Assembly: GCA_965285935.1 (NCBI GenBank)
Contig: OZ260665.1
Span: 57,598,001-57,662,000, forward strand
Reading direction: 5' to 3'
DNA length: 64,000 bases
From: Ophelia neglecta
Lineage: Eukaryota
Positions 13,786 through 27,915 of the stretch are shown here, piece after piece; position 1 is the first letter of the stretch; each line of letters starts with the position of its first letter. The notes below the pieces were generated by a model. That model was not told the origin of the DNA, did not search any database, and saw nothing but the letters and a program-made list of their open reading frames with translations. The position numbers and the translations under genes are program-made.

Positions 13786-15610
13786 ATTGAGATTATTGTA
13801 TTAGTATACTTACATAATTTCTATAGAGGCTACTGTTGGCAGCGGAATTAGCTTCGATTGTCCTTAAATTATCTTCATATAATACACAGCAATACCTATA
13901 ACGAAAGGAAAATTGGTCATTTTACTAATTATGTTTTGATGCCTTATATACTTTTGGTTCAATCATGTATAAATTCATGGATCTGTCTATTTCTTTGCCC
14001 AAGAATTCATGTAAGCATTATTTTGTTTTGGCTTTTAATTTTTTTTAAATGCCAATGAAGATCACCATTAACTATTATTGCACATGATGCCCAACAAAAA
14101 ATGTATCATTTCAGGACGGATAAACTGCTTTATGGTGCAATATCTTAAATTTGGCCTATAAATACTTATCTTAGAAAAACATCTGAAGGTTTTGGCATTG
14201 GCATTGCAATAAATGATTTTTCTTTCTATTGCAGGGATACCCCATTGGCTTTGCCTGCCAGGTATTCGTACTCTGAATTGTAGATAAGGACGAGTATTTT
14301 ATTGATATGAGCGCCATATGGTGGGAAAAAGAAAGTCTGCGTTGCTTGCTGGGATCCTTGGTAGGTAAGCAAGTTTCAAGTTTCCATTGTCTCATGACGT
14401 CCCACTCTTTCGTCTCCGAATTCCGTGCGAAATAGCCGCTGATAATGAAACGGAATACATGTTTTGTCAGGGGATGTGATAACCATAAGTATCGCAAACC
14501 TGGCGTTTCATAACCGCCTTAAGATTAATATTGTGGCACACAGTATATGGTTATTACTGATTAATTGATTTGAGTCAAATGCGATTTCCACAAGCTACTA
14601 TAGGAATATTCATTAATAAAAGAGAAAAATGTGTGTTCTTATAAAATTGCAAGTTTAAACTAAAAAACTGCGACCTCGGTTGCTGTAAGGCAGCTCAGGG
14701 GAGCTAATGTGGACGGCGACGAGTTTTGGTTTTTATTGCCAAAATTGATTATTGAGTATATTTAAGTGGTATTTTAGGTTAGTGTGTATGCTTTCATATA
14801 GGGTCTTGTTCCGGTGCAGTTATCACAACTACCAAGACTATGGCAGTAAAGCCATTGATTAATTTGGTCAAGCAAACGTATTGGGAGGGAAATGTTTGTT
14901 CCATATACCCTAAGATTACAATGACGTATTAGGCCTTCCCCGATACAGTGGCGCCCCTGTTTGGGGTGGTATAGAGCTTTCAGGTCCGACAAAGATTTCT
15001 GGCAGTCTGGCTTGTGTTTGGCCAAAAACGTACTCTAGCTATATAGCATGCCGAAATTTGAGTTACTCATAAAAAAAAGACATATTGTCTTCTTATTTAT
15101 GGATAATTCATAGACGCATATTGTTATTGTTGCCGCAATGGTGGCCATGCCTCAGACAAGTCATACATCCAGCGTGAGCCATATAAGAAACCGGGCCCCA
15201 TATGGAAGTAAACAGGTGCATAAATGATCATTTCTTCAAGCTCACCTAGAGAATAAAAAAAAATTGCCAAATAATGCTAAGCCCATTTTTTGCTATGTTG
15301 TTGCCTAAACATGTATCTTGAAGTCAAACACAACAGCCAAGCCCTATCAATATCGTGAAAAGTTGAAAAACGACCAGCTTTAATTATGTCCCTGCAACCC
15401 TAATATTAACAGGGAATCGTTTTTATCATGACCAAATCGTTTTTACATGCACAGTATCATGAAGGCATAAGGACAGCAACGTAGTAGTTAAACCGGTCTT
15501 CTGCTTAGACCTATAGTTTTCTTTGTGTATAATAGTTATCTATGCAAAATATTTTTTTCTACCTGATGGCAAATGCATACCACACCTCTTGCAGAAGTTT
15601 ATGGAGTCAG

Positions 15611-15695
15611 TGGTTCCTGGTGACTGCAGACCGGTTTGATGGACCATTCTTGATTATTGATCTTGCCTTGTCTAACGGATATCCACTCAGTTTTT
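15611..15695 (-). repeat. Dispersed repeat family X, copy C
   Basis: TGGTTCCTGGTGACTGCAGACCGGTTTGATGGACCATTCTTGATT...GGATATCCACTC aligns without gaps over ~78 nt with 4932-5009. Confidence 0.65.
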
Positions 15696-18600
15696 TAAAT
15701 AATAGGCAGTCAAGCAACAGTTGCACACGAGGGATCATAATTTAACTCTATCCATACGACGTATGTCCCGGAAATTGACTTGCTGATGCATGGAACACTA
15801 ACTATTCAGTGATTCGCATGTCTTTCGTTGTGATGTTGCTTATTTTTCATTCACGCCGAATTATTAGATTAGAACACAGAGCGTAAGCAGCAAACTACCA
15901 AAGAAGATGCTAAATTCTCCTAGTATATTGTTAGATAAGCCGCATGGTTGACATTTGAGGGAAAAGTTCGTAGATTAATACTGGAACGCACTATAACTAG
16001 ATAAAACCCTTTTTTATGAACCATAGAAACCACCTCTTGAAGCTTTCTCTACACAGCTTACCTTTGCTCGTAAATGTTTCTCGGACTCCGAATGCGTGAT
16101 GACTTATGACTAGCTGTCCGAACAATTTCTTCTTTGAGACTGAACTTTCCACACTCTGTTTATTCGAAACAGGTGTCCGGGTAATGGGAAGGATGAAGTA
16201 TAATTCCTTTCAGCTTAAGCTCACTCTCAAGCAGTTTGGTGAACTGTTCATCCTTGTCAGGTCACTTTGCTAGGTGCATGCATATTTAATGTATGCCATG
16301 GGATCATGCGTGTCCTTTAAAGCCCTAGCAACGTAGAAAATGTTATATACTTGCTTGAAGAATTCCCAAAAAACGTTTTGTCTGAAAAAACTGGCTGGAG
16401 GATAACACGAGGATGCGTTTTGTTCAAAGGAGCACTGTCGGTTCTGTTCTTTTGATTACGTGCTATTATTTGATGCCCTATATTCAGAAAAGGCATTAAA
16501 ATAATACTTTCTGTGTTTATAGCTTGTCGCTAGATGGAATGTGTCCAATGATTGTGTATTACCTATTTGTGCGCACACACTGATTTGTCAGTTCATAGTT
16601 AAGATATATTTTTGGGCAAGGTTTTTCAAAGCCCGCATGTTGGAATGGCTTAAAGTGTCCCATACATGTGTGTCAGCCCGAGAGGGGATGGGAAGAGCTC
16701 AGCCCATGGCAGTGCTTCTGTGAGCTCGTTTTCAGCATACAGGCTATCACTGACGTCTTTGACCTCGATATATCCCAATCGTATTCATCCGTCTGCTTTC
16801 CGTGAGCCCATTGTGTATCTGATCACATCTATCGCCAAAACGTGGGGTGGTAAATGTTTCTAAGCATTCACGCAGTAATTCATAGTACAATCTTATCTTT
16901 CTTTCCTTTTTAATAGGCTGATGCACTACACAATCTCGAGTTTGGTTAACCCCATTTTATCCTGGGTTGAAAAATATTGAAGCTAAAATGTTTGCTCCTA
17001 ATGTATCTCGGAGAAACACTTTTTTAAAATCTTTAAGATCTTTCTCGGTTTGATCTCATCGTGAAAAGATTGGTCCTCTCTTTGTCGTGATTCACCAATC
17101 GCCGAACGCTTTTTTCTTGGTTGCCCTCCTTTTTATTTTCTAAATAGATTGAAAACTTGTGTATTTACTGGAGGGATAGCTATCATTGAAGGCGCGAGTG
17201 TTGCAATTTGGAACGGAGTGCCTCTTTGAAAACACTCATTAGTAAACTCGTATACATCATGTAACGAGTAGACAACATCAAAGATCGAAACAAGGCCTGC
17301 TAAAATGTTTCTCTTGTATGTGAGGACTAAAAGAACGGGGTTGCTATGGCATTGAAAGAGTCAAAATATCACTAATTACCTCGCGCCTGGGCGAGAGTCA
17401 GCGAGAGTTTTTGTTAGAGGAAGCCTCTGTTGGTGTAAAAGTTTGGCAGGTGATGAATGTTGGACAGGCTTTCATGGACACATGGCATGGTCTTGTGTAA
17501 CTTGAGCTGTGTTGAGGATCGAGGTATGGGTTGAGTATCCATAGTGGTAACAGGGAGGCTTCGTACGTCATGCTGGTGCAGTGGTTCACTTTATGACTGG
17601 CTTGTTTCTTGTTGTTTTTTTAAGCTTTTTAAGAGTCACGGTTACAATGCATTGTCGTTGGTGCCTTTGGTATTGAAAATATAGTGGTACCTCGTTGAAG
17701 AATTGTCAGTAAACGTTGGCACAGATTTTTCAACAGTTGTATTCCTTTTTTATTATTGAAAAGGAAAAGCGGAAAATAAATAACAGCCTTAGTGCACATT
17801 TGAATAGTGTACGTTATTCTGATGCAGCTTTGAAACGATGTTGGACTATCTCCCCTGTGAGAAACGCCCAGAGGTTAATTGGTGGCGGTAAAAACAGCGC
17901 CGAGTTTTAAGTGCTCAGCCCTGGTATTCTCGTTAAGCTGTCTATCTGAGAGGGGAACTCGAGAAGCCCTATAGGTTGAACATACTCTCGATCTATGGCT
18001 CAACTAAACCAAGAAGTAAAGTTTCACCCCTACATGTTATAAAGATTACATTGGCACCTGTTCAGTTAATAGCGTTGACCCTTTCAAGGGAGAGTAATGA
18101 TAAAGATCAATTAGGGAGTAATGCCCTGATCGAAATAATGAAGGTGGATTTTCGAATTCTGCTTAATCATATATGGTTAGATATTTTCGTGTTAGATACA
18201 AACGCGATGTCGTTTCAATCTGTTTATGAATTCTTTCACAGGCATAACAAGGATACACTCTATTACATTGGAGCTTAAAAGTTAAAAGCCTTCGGCATTG
18301 TTTCATGTAAATATATATTTATCAGAAGTAGTTTCATCTCTGTCAGCCTAAACAAATCAGAACTTCATAACTGATTACTATGTATTTCCCCCTACATTTC
18401 TATACGGTTGAAACATAATTTAAATGCACTGCAGCAATTGAGCTTTTGATCTAACCAATACCCCTTTGGCCCTTCGGGTGAACATTTCAAGAGCAAAACA
18501 AAGTATACTACTAGTTTGTTCTTCGGCGTTCGCCAGAATATTGACATTATGCTGAATGTCAGATCTTATGCAGTTTTCCTATCTCGTAGATATAACCAAG

Positions 18601-21123
18601 ATAAATATGTCTGGGATAGAAGACATTTCTAACCCGGCCATACATACCTTTCTCACAATACCGGCGAAATCCGATCAGCGCTAATATTACTATGTAGACA
18701 CACTTTTTGTACTAACATACACAGTCATGGTACATGCTGGATATAACTACTGGAGCCCAAACACAAGATAGGATTGACTTTCTAAACAAACAGCCGTCAC
18801 CTAAAAGCCGGGTATTGTGGAGTCAAATTCCTTGATTGTATGAAGTTATTCAAATTGATTCAGTCTTCCCTCCCCTTAGTTTGCAGGTGTGCATACTCGG
18901 TTACTTGCTATGTTGACTTTCCAAAACGGCGTCAATTCGTAGCTGAAAGAGGCTATTGAAATAGTAGGGGCATGATGTGAATTTTTATCGCTCAATATTT
19001 GACTAAGATCAATGAGACACGAATGGCAGAAAGACAAATCTGAAAGTTGGTTTTTTCCTATAGAGTGGTGCAATTGTACCAGTGTAGCTTGAATTCTTCT
19101 ATTGACTTCCCTATTGCAGTCATGTCGTTCTGTTGCTGTCAATCTTCTTATAATAGCAGGTTAACAGCAAATTAATCCTTCGGGCATATAGGTGTCGGCC
19201 TCTTGAATCAGCATTTTGACCATAACATGGGTGAACCTTATACCGATCGATTACATAGACAAACAGAAATACAGGTTCCGCCCGATTTGGCATAATTTCT
19301 TAACCTTAGCTATCCCTCCTTTGATCAGTTGATCCCTTAATTGCCTATTCGCTTTCCCCGAAAAAAACAGAACCTTTTATTAGCTGCCATGTATTTGAGT
19401 GCAAATTGGAATTGTGCCTTACCGAATCAGGCATTTTATCCATAACTAATTGCCAACAGTTTGAATGTAACTAAAGCCGTTATCCACATAAGTTAACAAT
19501 GAATCTATGTCTTATTGTGTCGTGGAGGTCGGGCGATTGTGTGAAATGAAAGTCTCATAATCAGAATGTTGGCATTGTTATTATTTTCGGATGTTAAACT
19601 TGCATATAGTTATGGCGGCACACTATTTTGACGCGTGTTTGTTAGTATTTAAAAGTATGTGGATAATGGGAGCCTGGTGAAATATTTGGACTTGTCCTCA
19701 TCCAATCAGGGCCTGATACCTTTGGCATCATCGGTCACAGGCCAATTCGCAATCCGTCATCTACAATCTTTTTGCCACCAATGCTTCTTGGAAGAAAAAA
19801 CCAATACTGCGTTGACTTTAAAAAAAATATTTGTCTATGTTCGGCTGCCTTTGATGTGGAAGCCATGGCATTGCTCATCTCGTTGCTTGCACCCATTTTT
19901 AGATTACAGTGTTGGTGTTTTTTATGAGTGAGCATGGGGGTCTACACGCTTTGCTAGTTGATGGGCAAAGAAAACCAAATTTCCTAGCTGCATTTGATAT
20001 ATCAGATAATAGATTTATTGCCTCGGCGGGAGGCACGACTGGTAGAAAACAAAGTGTTTAGCCGATATGCAGGCCTAACTACTTTTTGACCAGATGAGAG
20101 AGATAAAACGTCTTTGCAGGATAATTGAGTTTTCTAATGAATAAAACGACAACTAGGTCGAAAGCATGATCCCCCGTCTTGTATCGACCCATTGGTGCAG
20201 CAGCTTCTTTCTTGTGGTTAATAAATCTAGACTTTTAAACGTCAGTACCATTTTTGCTATGTAGAGCAGTTATGAATATCCCAAACGAAGAGGTTAAGCC
20301 TTTCGGTTTGTAGGACCTCTCTTCTGATGTGGCAATCAGGTACACTGTGTTTTCATCGATCCAGTCATTAGTGCAGCGCGAATTTAGCGTGTGCCAATCA
20401 TTATGTATTTAGAGGATAATCTCATTAGTTGCAACTAGCTACTCATTTGCAATAATCCTGTACCTGTTTCCCCAAAAATGGTAAAGAATTGATCGGCAAT
20501 GGGGGCATACAGTGCGTAATATTCTTAAAAAGGAAACGGTGGAGTACTTTCCTGGCAATAGCCTAATGGTTTTCGCAAATATAATAGCATCTTATTATTG
20601 ATATTTATGTTCTGTGTTAATGCCACTTTTTTATCGGAAAATGTAAGGATACCTCTAACAGAAAGCTACAGAAAGTCACACCAGACGACTAGACAAATGA
20701 ATATCCCAGCTTGACTCTTATAATAGTATTATTCGGATATCATGTCGGACAAGACATCATCGTATTCATACCTGGTAGAGTCAATATGCAATCTATTTGT
20801 ATATAGTGTACCATTCGATCGTATACATTGAATACATTCTTAAAACTGTGGGTTGGTTGATCAATCTACAGTGGCAATTTAAGACTAATCAACGTTTTAA
20901 ATTGCTTATTTTATTTACACATTAGGCTTAATGTCTACCTTGCGTGGCTTTCCTTTGCACTTGAAAACCGGTTAAAATTGTGTTATCTTATTTGTTAAAA
21001 TCTTATTGGTTATATATTCATCAAATATGAACATAACATAACACTACATCACATTTAAATACGCTCTAGAGTGTATTTGTAGGAAGAAAATGAGAAAAAG
21101 GCAAACATAATATGATATTTTTG

Positions 21124-21129
21124 TTTATT
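21124..21129 (-). terminator. Candidate distal polyadenylation signal
   Basis: AATAAA followed by TTATGTTTGCCTTTTTCTCATTTTCTTCC; it sits at the end of a strongly U/G-skewed segment on the minus strand. Confidence 0.5.
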
Positions 21130-21603
21130 GTTTTAAGCTTGTGTACACCCAAGTATAAGTGTCAGAGTAAACAACGTAACCAATTGCACATATTTAGGTC
21201 AGTGTTACAACGCATCTAATATACAGTCGAGATATAATGTCAGCATTTTACAAACACACTTTAACCAAGAGATACTTAACAACTGACATAACAAACCATT
21301 CATTCTACTTCATTCAATTCCACTTATTATATTCAATCAACAATATAGCAAAACACGCTCATTCACAATCACTTGTAATTTATACATCAGTGCATAACAG
21401 GTGTTGATTGTTACATTTTCATACATAGTTATTTTTCATACGACCTTCACAAAAATATTGCTTTTTAAGTACTAGGAGACACCGATATTGCGCAAAAATA
21501 AGATGCGTGTACTTTAGTCCAGTATGGGTGGTATTTTTGGGAGATTATACGAAATAGTATACATTACATTTTGTATTATAATAATGCCTACGTTACACGC
21601 GTT

Positions 21604-21636
21604 ATTACAGTCGATTTCATTACAGTCGATTTCATT
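21604..21636. repeat. Tandem duplication, 15-bp period, 2 copies
   Basis: ATTACAGTCGATTTC occurs twice, followed by ATT. Confidence 0.85.
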
Positions 21637-23593
21637 TACGTTAAGAAGTGCGAGATTATGTGCAAGATATAATTAAGATAGAAATTGATAACAAAATCAC
21701 ATAACAGATAAATATTCTAAACAATCGGTTAAGTTAGTTCATAATTCAACAGTAAATGTTAATGCAAACCGATCGGAACTGGCTCTTTTTAAAACAACAA
21801 ACCAACTGTATTTGTTTTTAGAGGCAAATATATGTTTTACACATTTTAGATATCATATAACGGACACTCAGAAATCAGGCATGGTATTACAAAGTATTCC
21901 AGAGGGGAAATCACCCCAAAGTATCTTTATATTGGATGTATACGTGTCTAAGCAATGAGAACAGAATGTCGCCGATTGTAATATATTATTACTCATACAC
22001 GTATTCATATCTTCAACCTTAGGGCATGGCCGCCCAGTGGCAAGCATATTCCGATCTAATTATGCAGATGCTTGTGAGTTATTAGTATATTATAGATTTG
22101 ACACCTGGTGATTTTTAATTGAGATGACCACAGGTAAAGCGCTCCAACGACCTGACTAGTATCAATGGAGTCTTACACACATATTCAATCTTACGTGACT
22201 TTAAATCACAATTAGACATATATGAATATGAGACGGGTGTTTATAAGCGGCTATTTGCGCAACTAACAATTGCCAATATTCTCCATTTTAAAAACAAACA
22301 AGGTAACTGCTTCATTTACCATTTATATGGGCTGGGAGAACTCACCCGCCTAAAATGTGTGTTTGGTGCGGAGCCTGGTAAGTGATAACGCAACAAGTCA
22401 TTAAGGACTTCGTGTGTTCTCACAGAAATGAACCTGATGACTAACGTGAAACAGTGCATTTCATTTACCAAGACCCATGATTTACTAATAAGGCTCTAGG
22501 ATGGCAGGCTCCACCAAAAACTGGCATTGGCTTATGATAGCGCGGCTATAATTCTTGACTTGGCTCTGCCATGATAAAGCTGATCAGACCATCGTTAGAT
22601 TCTTTGTTTTTATCAATAAAACACACTCGGCTCGAGTTTACTGAATATTTTATAACACAGCCTCGGTTTGCCAACAATTTACATCAGCAGACATAATAGA
22701 ACAGTTTTTTTTGCTCTTACTCAAGCCCGCTGTGAAAACATGCCCCATACAGCGATGGAATGTTGCCTGATGAGCAAGCATCAGTTTAACCTAATGCGAT
22801 TGCTCATAAGGTAACAGCCATGCGCGCGCTTCCTATTATGGAAAGGAAGCGCTGATAAACGCTCTCAATTAAGATGACTGTATGGGTGTAAACTTCTTAA
22901 CGGGGATCTAAACAGTGTTGTATTACAACAAACATGCTCGAAGAAGTGTAAATGTTCTTTTTCATTTCACATGGAGCTAATTAGAGTGTATGATGATCAA
23001 GGTACCTTTCACTTGAGATCACAGATATATACATCCCACATACATATGATACATGGACAGGCACGCGTAATATGCTGCTACTACATTGAATAGTTTACAA
23101 TGCTGGCATAATAATTGATACATAATATATCGGCTGATACGATGCTGCGTCTGATGAAGTGTTTGAACTCGAGTAAAGTACACATTGCGTGACAAGCCTT
23201 CATGTGTGTCACGACTACAATGATATGATGGTCTTATGACAGGGTTGTGCTTGGACTCTTTTGTTTGGCGGCAGTGGCCCGACAGGGACAGGATAAAGTT
23301 TTACAACTTCCAATGACAGCAGACTTTGATGTTATTTTTACTAAGCCTAACTGGGGCCCAGTGATCAATACATAGCCAGTAAATTGATAAATCACTGTGC
23401 CATGTTCAATCTGATAATCACCTCAGTGTCGTATGAACTAATTAAATAGACACTCTTTTGTAATACGAAACCAATGAAAATGTGCTCGATATCACGGCCG
23501 AGTTCGCTTGCCTGTTTGGATTCAAAGTGATTCACCGGAAGTTGTAACATTGTCTACTACCGATGCGCGTGGGATATATTTAGCTATTGGTTT

Positions 23594-23598
23594 TGTGT

Positions 23599-23629
<31 letters not shown>

Positions 23630-23631
23630 GG
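23594..23631. repeat. Compound microsatellite (TG)10 running into G19
   Basis: Read directly from the sequence. Confidence 0.9.
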
Positions 23632-26600
23632 CTCGGTGACTACATATTTGATAACACAAGCTTCTTTTATATCGCATAAAAATGCAGTTTGATGCGTGAA
23701 AACAGATAATTTAATATTGAAATATAGACCACAGGTGGTATTTGACCAACATCGAGTTATGCACTGGTTGGCCCCACTGTTTGATATATTCTAATAGTAA
23801 TATTGAATGTCAGGTACGGTAGGAGCGTTTCTTGAACAGCGTAAAAGAAACATGCCTAAAGATACGTTTTCTACACATGTCAAAATGCTGTAAAAAGATC
23901 AATTACTTTTACACTTTATACATTTTAAATACACTGAGACAATTAGCCGATTAGCCCAACATTGCGTAGATCAAATCACTTTCAAACACTCTATCCATTA
24001 AATACTAGGCTCACAATTATATGTAACAATAATTGATTGAGTTTTACCCACTGTTGCGATCGACCAGTTGTCTCAGGCACACTGCGCTTATAGTAAATAG
24101 TTCCTAGCTATATACACTACAAATTATTCCGCACCATTGTGAAATATTACGCACCTTTGCTGAAATAAGTGAAATTTTCAGTGCTAAAATTTTTTGCCTT
24201 CGCCTAATTTGATGAATGATCTTGGTGTAGGAAGGGTAGATTTTCATGGTTAGTGATATAGGCAATTGAGCAACGGGTGAACGCCGGCGGAAAGGTGTTA
24301 GTGACCTCTGCTGAGCGACGACAGAGCGCGTGCGTCGGTTATCCGCTTGCTGTTACTATGCGCCTTTCGCCTGGACGTTTGAGCCGTTACCGACGACATT
24401 TTTGCCAGGAAATAACAAGAGAGGGAGAGAACAAAGTGAGATTGCTGCTACCAATATCTCTCCTATCGTACACCCGGCCCCTCTATCGGTTTAGCATTTC
24501 TCTACCAGCACATCTTGCCTTGGGCTCCTCTGAAACTTAGCTGACACTTGAAACTGATAGGCGTAAAAATTCATAATTCTTAGACCTGCACTGACAGGGA
24601 TACGCTTTATCATAAGACGGCAATGCCTTTGGTGTGAGCTGATGTGAAGAATTTCAGGGAGGATGCAAGTTGCACTTTGAAGATAAGCAGCAGATCTGCC
24701 GCTCTGCTGGCGTTTGTTGGTTGTTGGGCAAGTTTGGGTGAGTTTCAATAAGTAAACACGACCACCTTCCATCGCATTGAAAATCAACAAAGAAAACGGC
24801 GAGGTGTACGCCTCAGCCGCAGGCATGGTTAGGGCGAATTGCCCTAGTGCCCAGAAGTACATACTAATGGAGTATGCATTCTTACTAGAATGCAAGGAGT
24901 AAACGAATCCTAAATTCTACACGGCAGTATAATAAAGAATACTACTTTCCCTCACATGTTTGTTTTAACCATTGAATGACAATATATATAGTCACGTGCA
25001 CCAGAGCTGCTTTTCTTCCGTTTAATGAATGAAAATGCAAAGTGAGTTTGCTATATCACGATTAGCATAAATTTTGTATTTGAAAGTAAATTGACACCAG
25101 TTTCTCGTATAAGAAATGAGTTAGCCATGAGGTCGTTTTTGTACTTTGCCATATATAGCTACGCCGTGGGTGAAATGTCATCAACATGGATGGTACATAT
25201 TGTAATATAAAGACTTATCAGGGTTAACGCGGCATTCCAATAGACATTCCTGTCATGATTCCAGCGAAATTGGTAATTACTTCGACGGATCAGTGTGTAT
25301 AGAATCTGGCAGGACAGATAACAATACGAGTACATACAACAGGCGGGGGTCCTCGCCGCTAGTAATTGGCTTTGTTACTCGTCTATGGTATACCAACGCT
25401 GTCAAAAACCAGCGGGCGTAAATTATGGAGTACCAAACAAACATTATAGGGTTGCATAATCCAAATGTTCGTTATAATACACGTGATAACGTAGCTTTCA
25501 AACTTTATAAAGGCGGTAAAAGGACTCGCTCTGACCAATTTGCACCCAAAGCATCTACATTAAATTATGTTAGCAGCTAAAGTGCAATGTTCTGTGCATT
25601 CATGAATAATGTTGCAGCCAGTTTTTTTTCATTTTCTTTGCACTGCAAATCGATGTTGCATGGGTGTCTCGAAGTGATAAACACATTAGAGCTGATGTAT
25701 TAAGATAATATTATCTTACTGAAGCAAACTTTGGTGAGAGTGAGCCATATTTAACCCCGTTATTTGGCGAAGAAATTGCCATTGACAAAGCTAGGCCAAG
25801 TGGGTTCATATGCTTCCTTCCACACTAGTGACCCAGTTCATACATTGTTTTATCGATACAACCTCAGGCTACACAAATATTTAATTCAAAATCGGAGTAG
25901 GTCTTTAAACAAAGAGGCCTCAGGCAATATAAGTTATGATAACGATGTTCTGTCACTCTGTTCGAGCATAACCAACAAGTTGTCATACGTGTGTGGATTG
26001 CAGTGGTGTAAAATTTAATGTTAAATGTTCACCCAACATATGTTAACAGGCCTATCAAGCTATGTATGGAAGCGGGCCGTTGGTTACACGAGGTATTAAT
26101 TGTTATCGAATAAAATTCAATGGTGTTTTGTGACAACCATGCATACGGGCTGTATAGTTTAATATTCAATTAGGTCTCTTCAGCAAGTGATACACCTCAC
26201 ATATAATATGTATGTAAATGTGTAGTGCTGTTCTGAGAGGCAATCATTCACTTATTCTCCTGGGGATAAGCAGCATAGTAGCAGCCGCTCGAGTGCACTT
26301 TCAACGGCTTTTGCCCAAGTCAATGACTGAATAATACACTCCATCCTCCATAATAATGTGATGTTCATCTAATGTCTCTTTCTATCTCCTTGTTGTTATT
26401 TACAAAAAGCCCCAATATGGCTACTGCCGGTAGGGAAATAATGTAGCGAGGCGGGCGATTGTGTATTTATATATTCGATGAGGACCATTTCATTTTGCAT
26501 TTTACTCATTTTAGGAATAATGTTACTCATAGGAACAGACATATATCGAAGAGAATTGGTCTTACAAGCTTTGAAATTTTGAGTCTGCTTGTTGTTCCAG

Positions 26601-27135
26601 AATTGAAATGGCACAATGTCAGGACTAATCCAACCCAAAAACAGATCCGTAAATTTGATTGTGGCTTAGCCAGAATCTATACAAATGATCCAACGTGAAT
26701 CAAGGCCATAAGTGACGGCTCAAATTTAATCAAAATAGGCAGGGGAAGGCACACGCGAATTTCAAGCTCAAGTCGTCTGCTGGGAGTCAGTCTGGCTCTC
26801 CGCGTCGTCGACTGTAATGCGCTTTGATTGGTCGAAATTGCATGTAATGAAATGATGCAAAGTACTTTATCCCTGATCTTTGGGGTTTGTTTGGGACCGA
26901 CTGCCATTTAATGAAATAAGGCAAATGTCTGTTTTCTTGCCATTATTACAGTTTTTCTGTTTAGAGGCAAGGCAAGATTATTACGAATTCGGGCTGTTTT
27001 TTCTATCCTCCAAGATCAAACATCATCAAACCAGGCCGATTGTTATGAACTTTTTATGGGCTAGAGTCCATTACAACCTGGGGCAAAAAAAACCACCAAT
27101 CATACACATAAGAAGGTAACCGACTGGTTTGCCGG

Positions 27136-27141
27136 TTTATT
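27136..27141 (-). terminator. Candidate proximal polyadenylation signal
   Basis: AATAAA about 780 nt after the stop codon, followed by a GU/U-rich tract (TTCTTATGTGTATGATTGGTGGTTTTTTTT, ~27114-27085). Confidence 0.45.
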
Positions 27142-27915
27142 GCCATGGACTGCAGTGATAAACAGCCATTCCGATCTCGTCGTAAAGGGAACATATGATT
27201 ATTATTGTGAATTCTGTTCACTTTTCTAATTTTAATGATCGGAATACTATTACTTTAAAGAAGTTATTTTGTGGGGAGTTAGTATGTTTGTATTCGGCCG
27301 TGAAAAATTAAAGTTTCTTTACATAGGCTACAATTTATCACAAATGCATTCACGGCCACAGCACGGTGCAATAAGTTAAGGATAACAAACCCGTGTTTAC
27401 TATATACACACATATTGTACACAGTTGCTTAGTAACAGCGTCTCCAGCCATCCTCCCGGGCGTTTCCAAAGCCACCTCTCCTAGTTGGTGTTAGACCCTG
27501 GACTCAGTTCCATTACACGGCTAAGAGTACCACATTTTGGGACGTCGAGATGTATGGAGGCAATATAACGGACAACGAACCTGCGTTCGGCGTCCCAAAG
27601 CGTGTCTTAGGCACCCCTGCTAGGAATCCCTCGACATCTGATAAATGTATGATCTTCTGCAGTTTTAATAGTTATGACTCTTTGTTAATAAGACGGCTGT
27701 TAATAAGAGACATCCATTCAGACGCTGCGTTTGGCACTCACCCTCCAGTCTCGGCACGGTGATCTCGCCACTTACAGGTTTGACGTCATCATGACATCCG
27801 GTTAGCACACAGTGGATTATCGTGCGACCCTATACAGAACATTCACAGAATGCAGTTGTACATCAAACAAAATCAACAATACAATGGTACAGAAGGACCC
27901 AGGGTGTGGTCGGCC

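Larger units (their letters stand above)
21105..27915 (-). other. Putative long 3'UTR of HS3ST (up to ~6.8 kb)
   Basis: No credible ORF; visible U/G-rich skew on the minus strand (clearest at 21130-21850 and 27340-27900); bounded by an AATAAA with a downstream U-rich element. Inferred, no transcript evidence. Confidence 0.4.

Noticed and set aside
22425-22461. Hammerhead-like CTGATGA...GAAAC enclosed by a GAAATG/CATTTC stem
   Set aside because: Stem II (CTAACGT) cannot close with the required pair and there is no proper stem III or NUH cleavage triplet.
21182-26923. Isolated 7-mer seed matches for miR-92, miR-9, miR-124 and K-box in the putative 3'UTR
   Set aside because: Expected by chance in ~7 kb; uninformative without conservation data.
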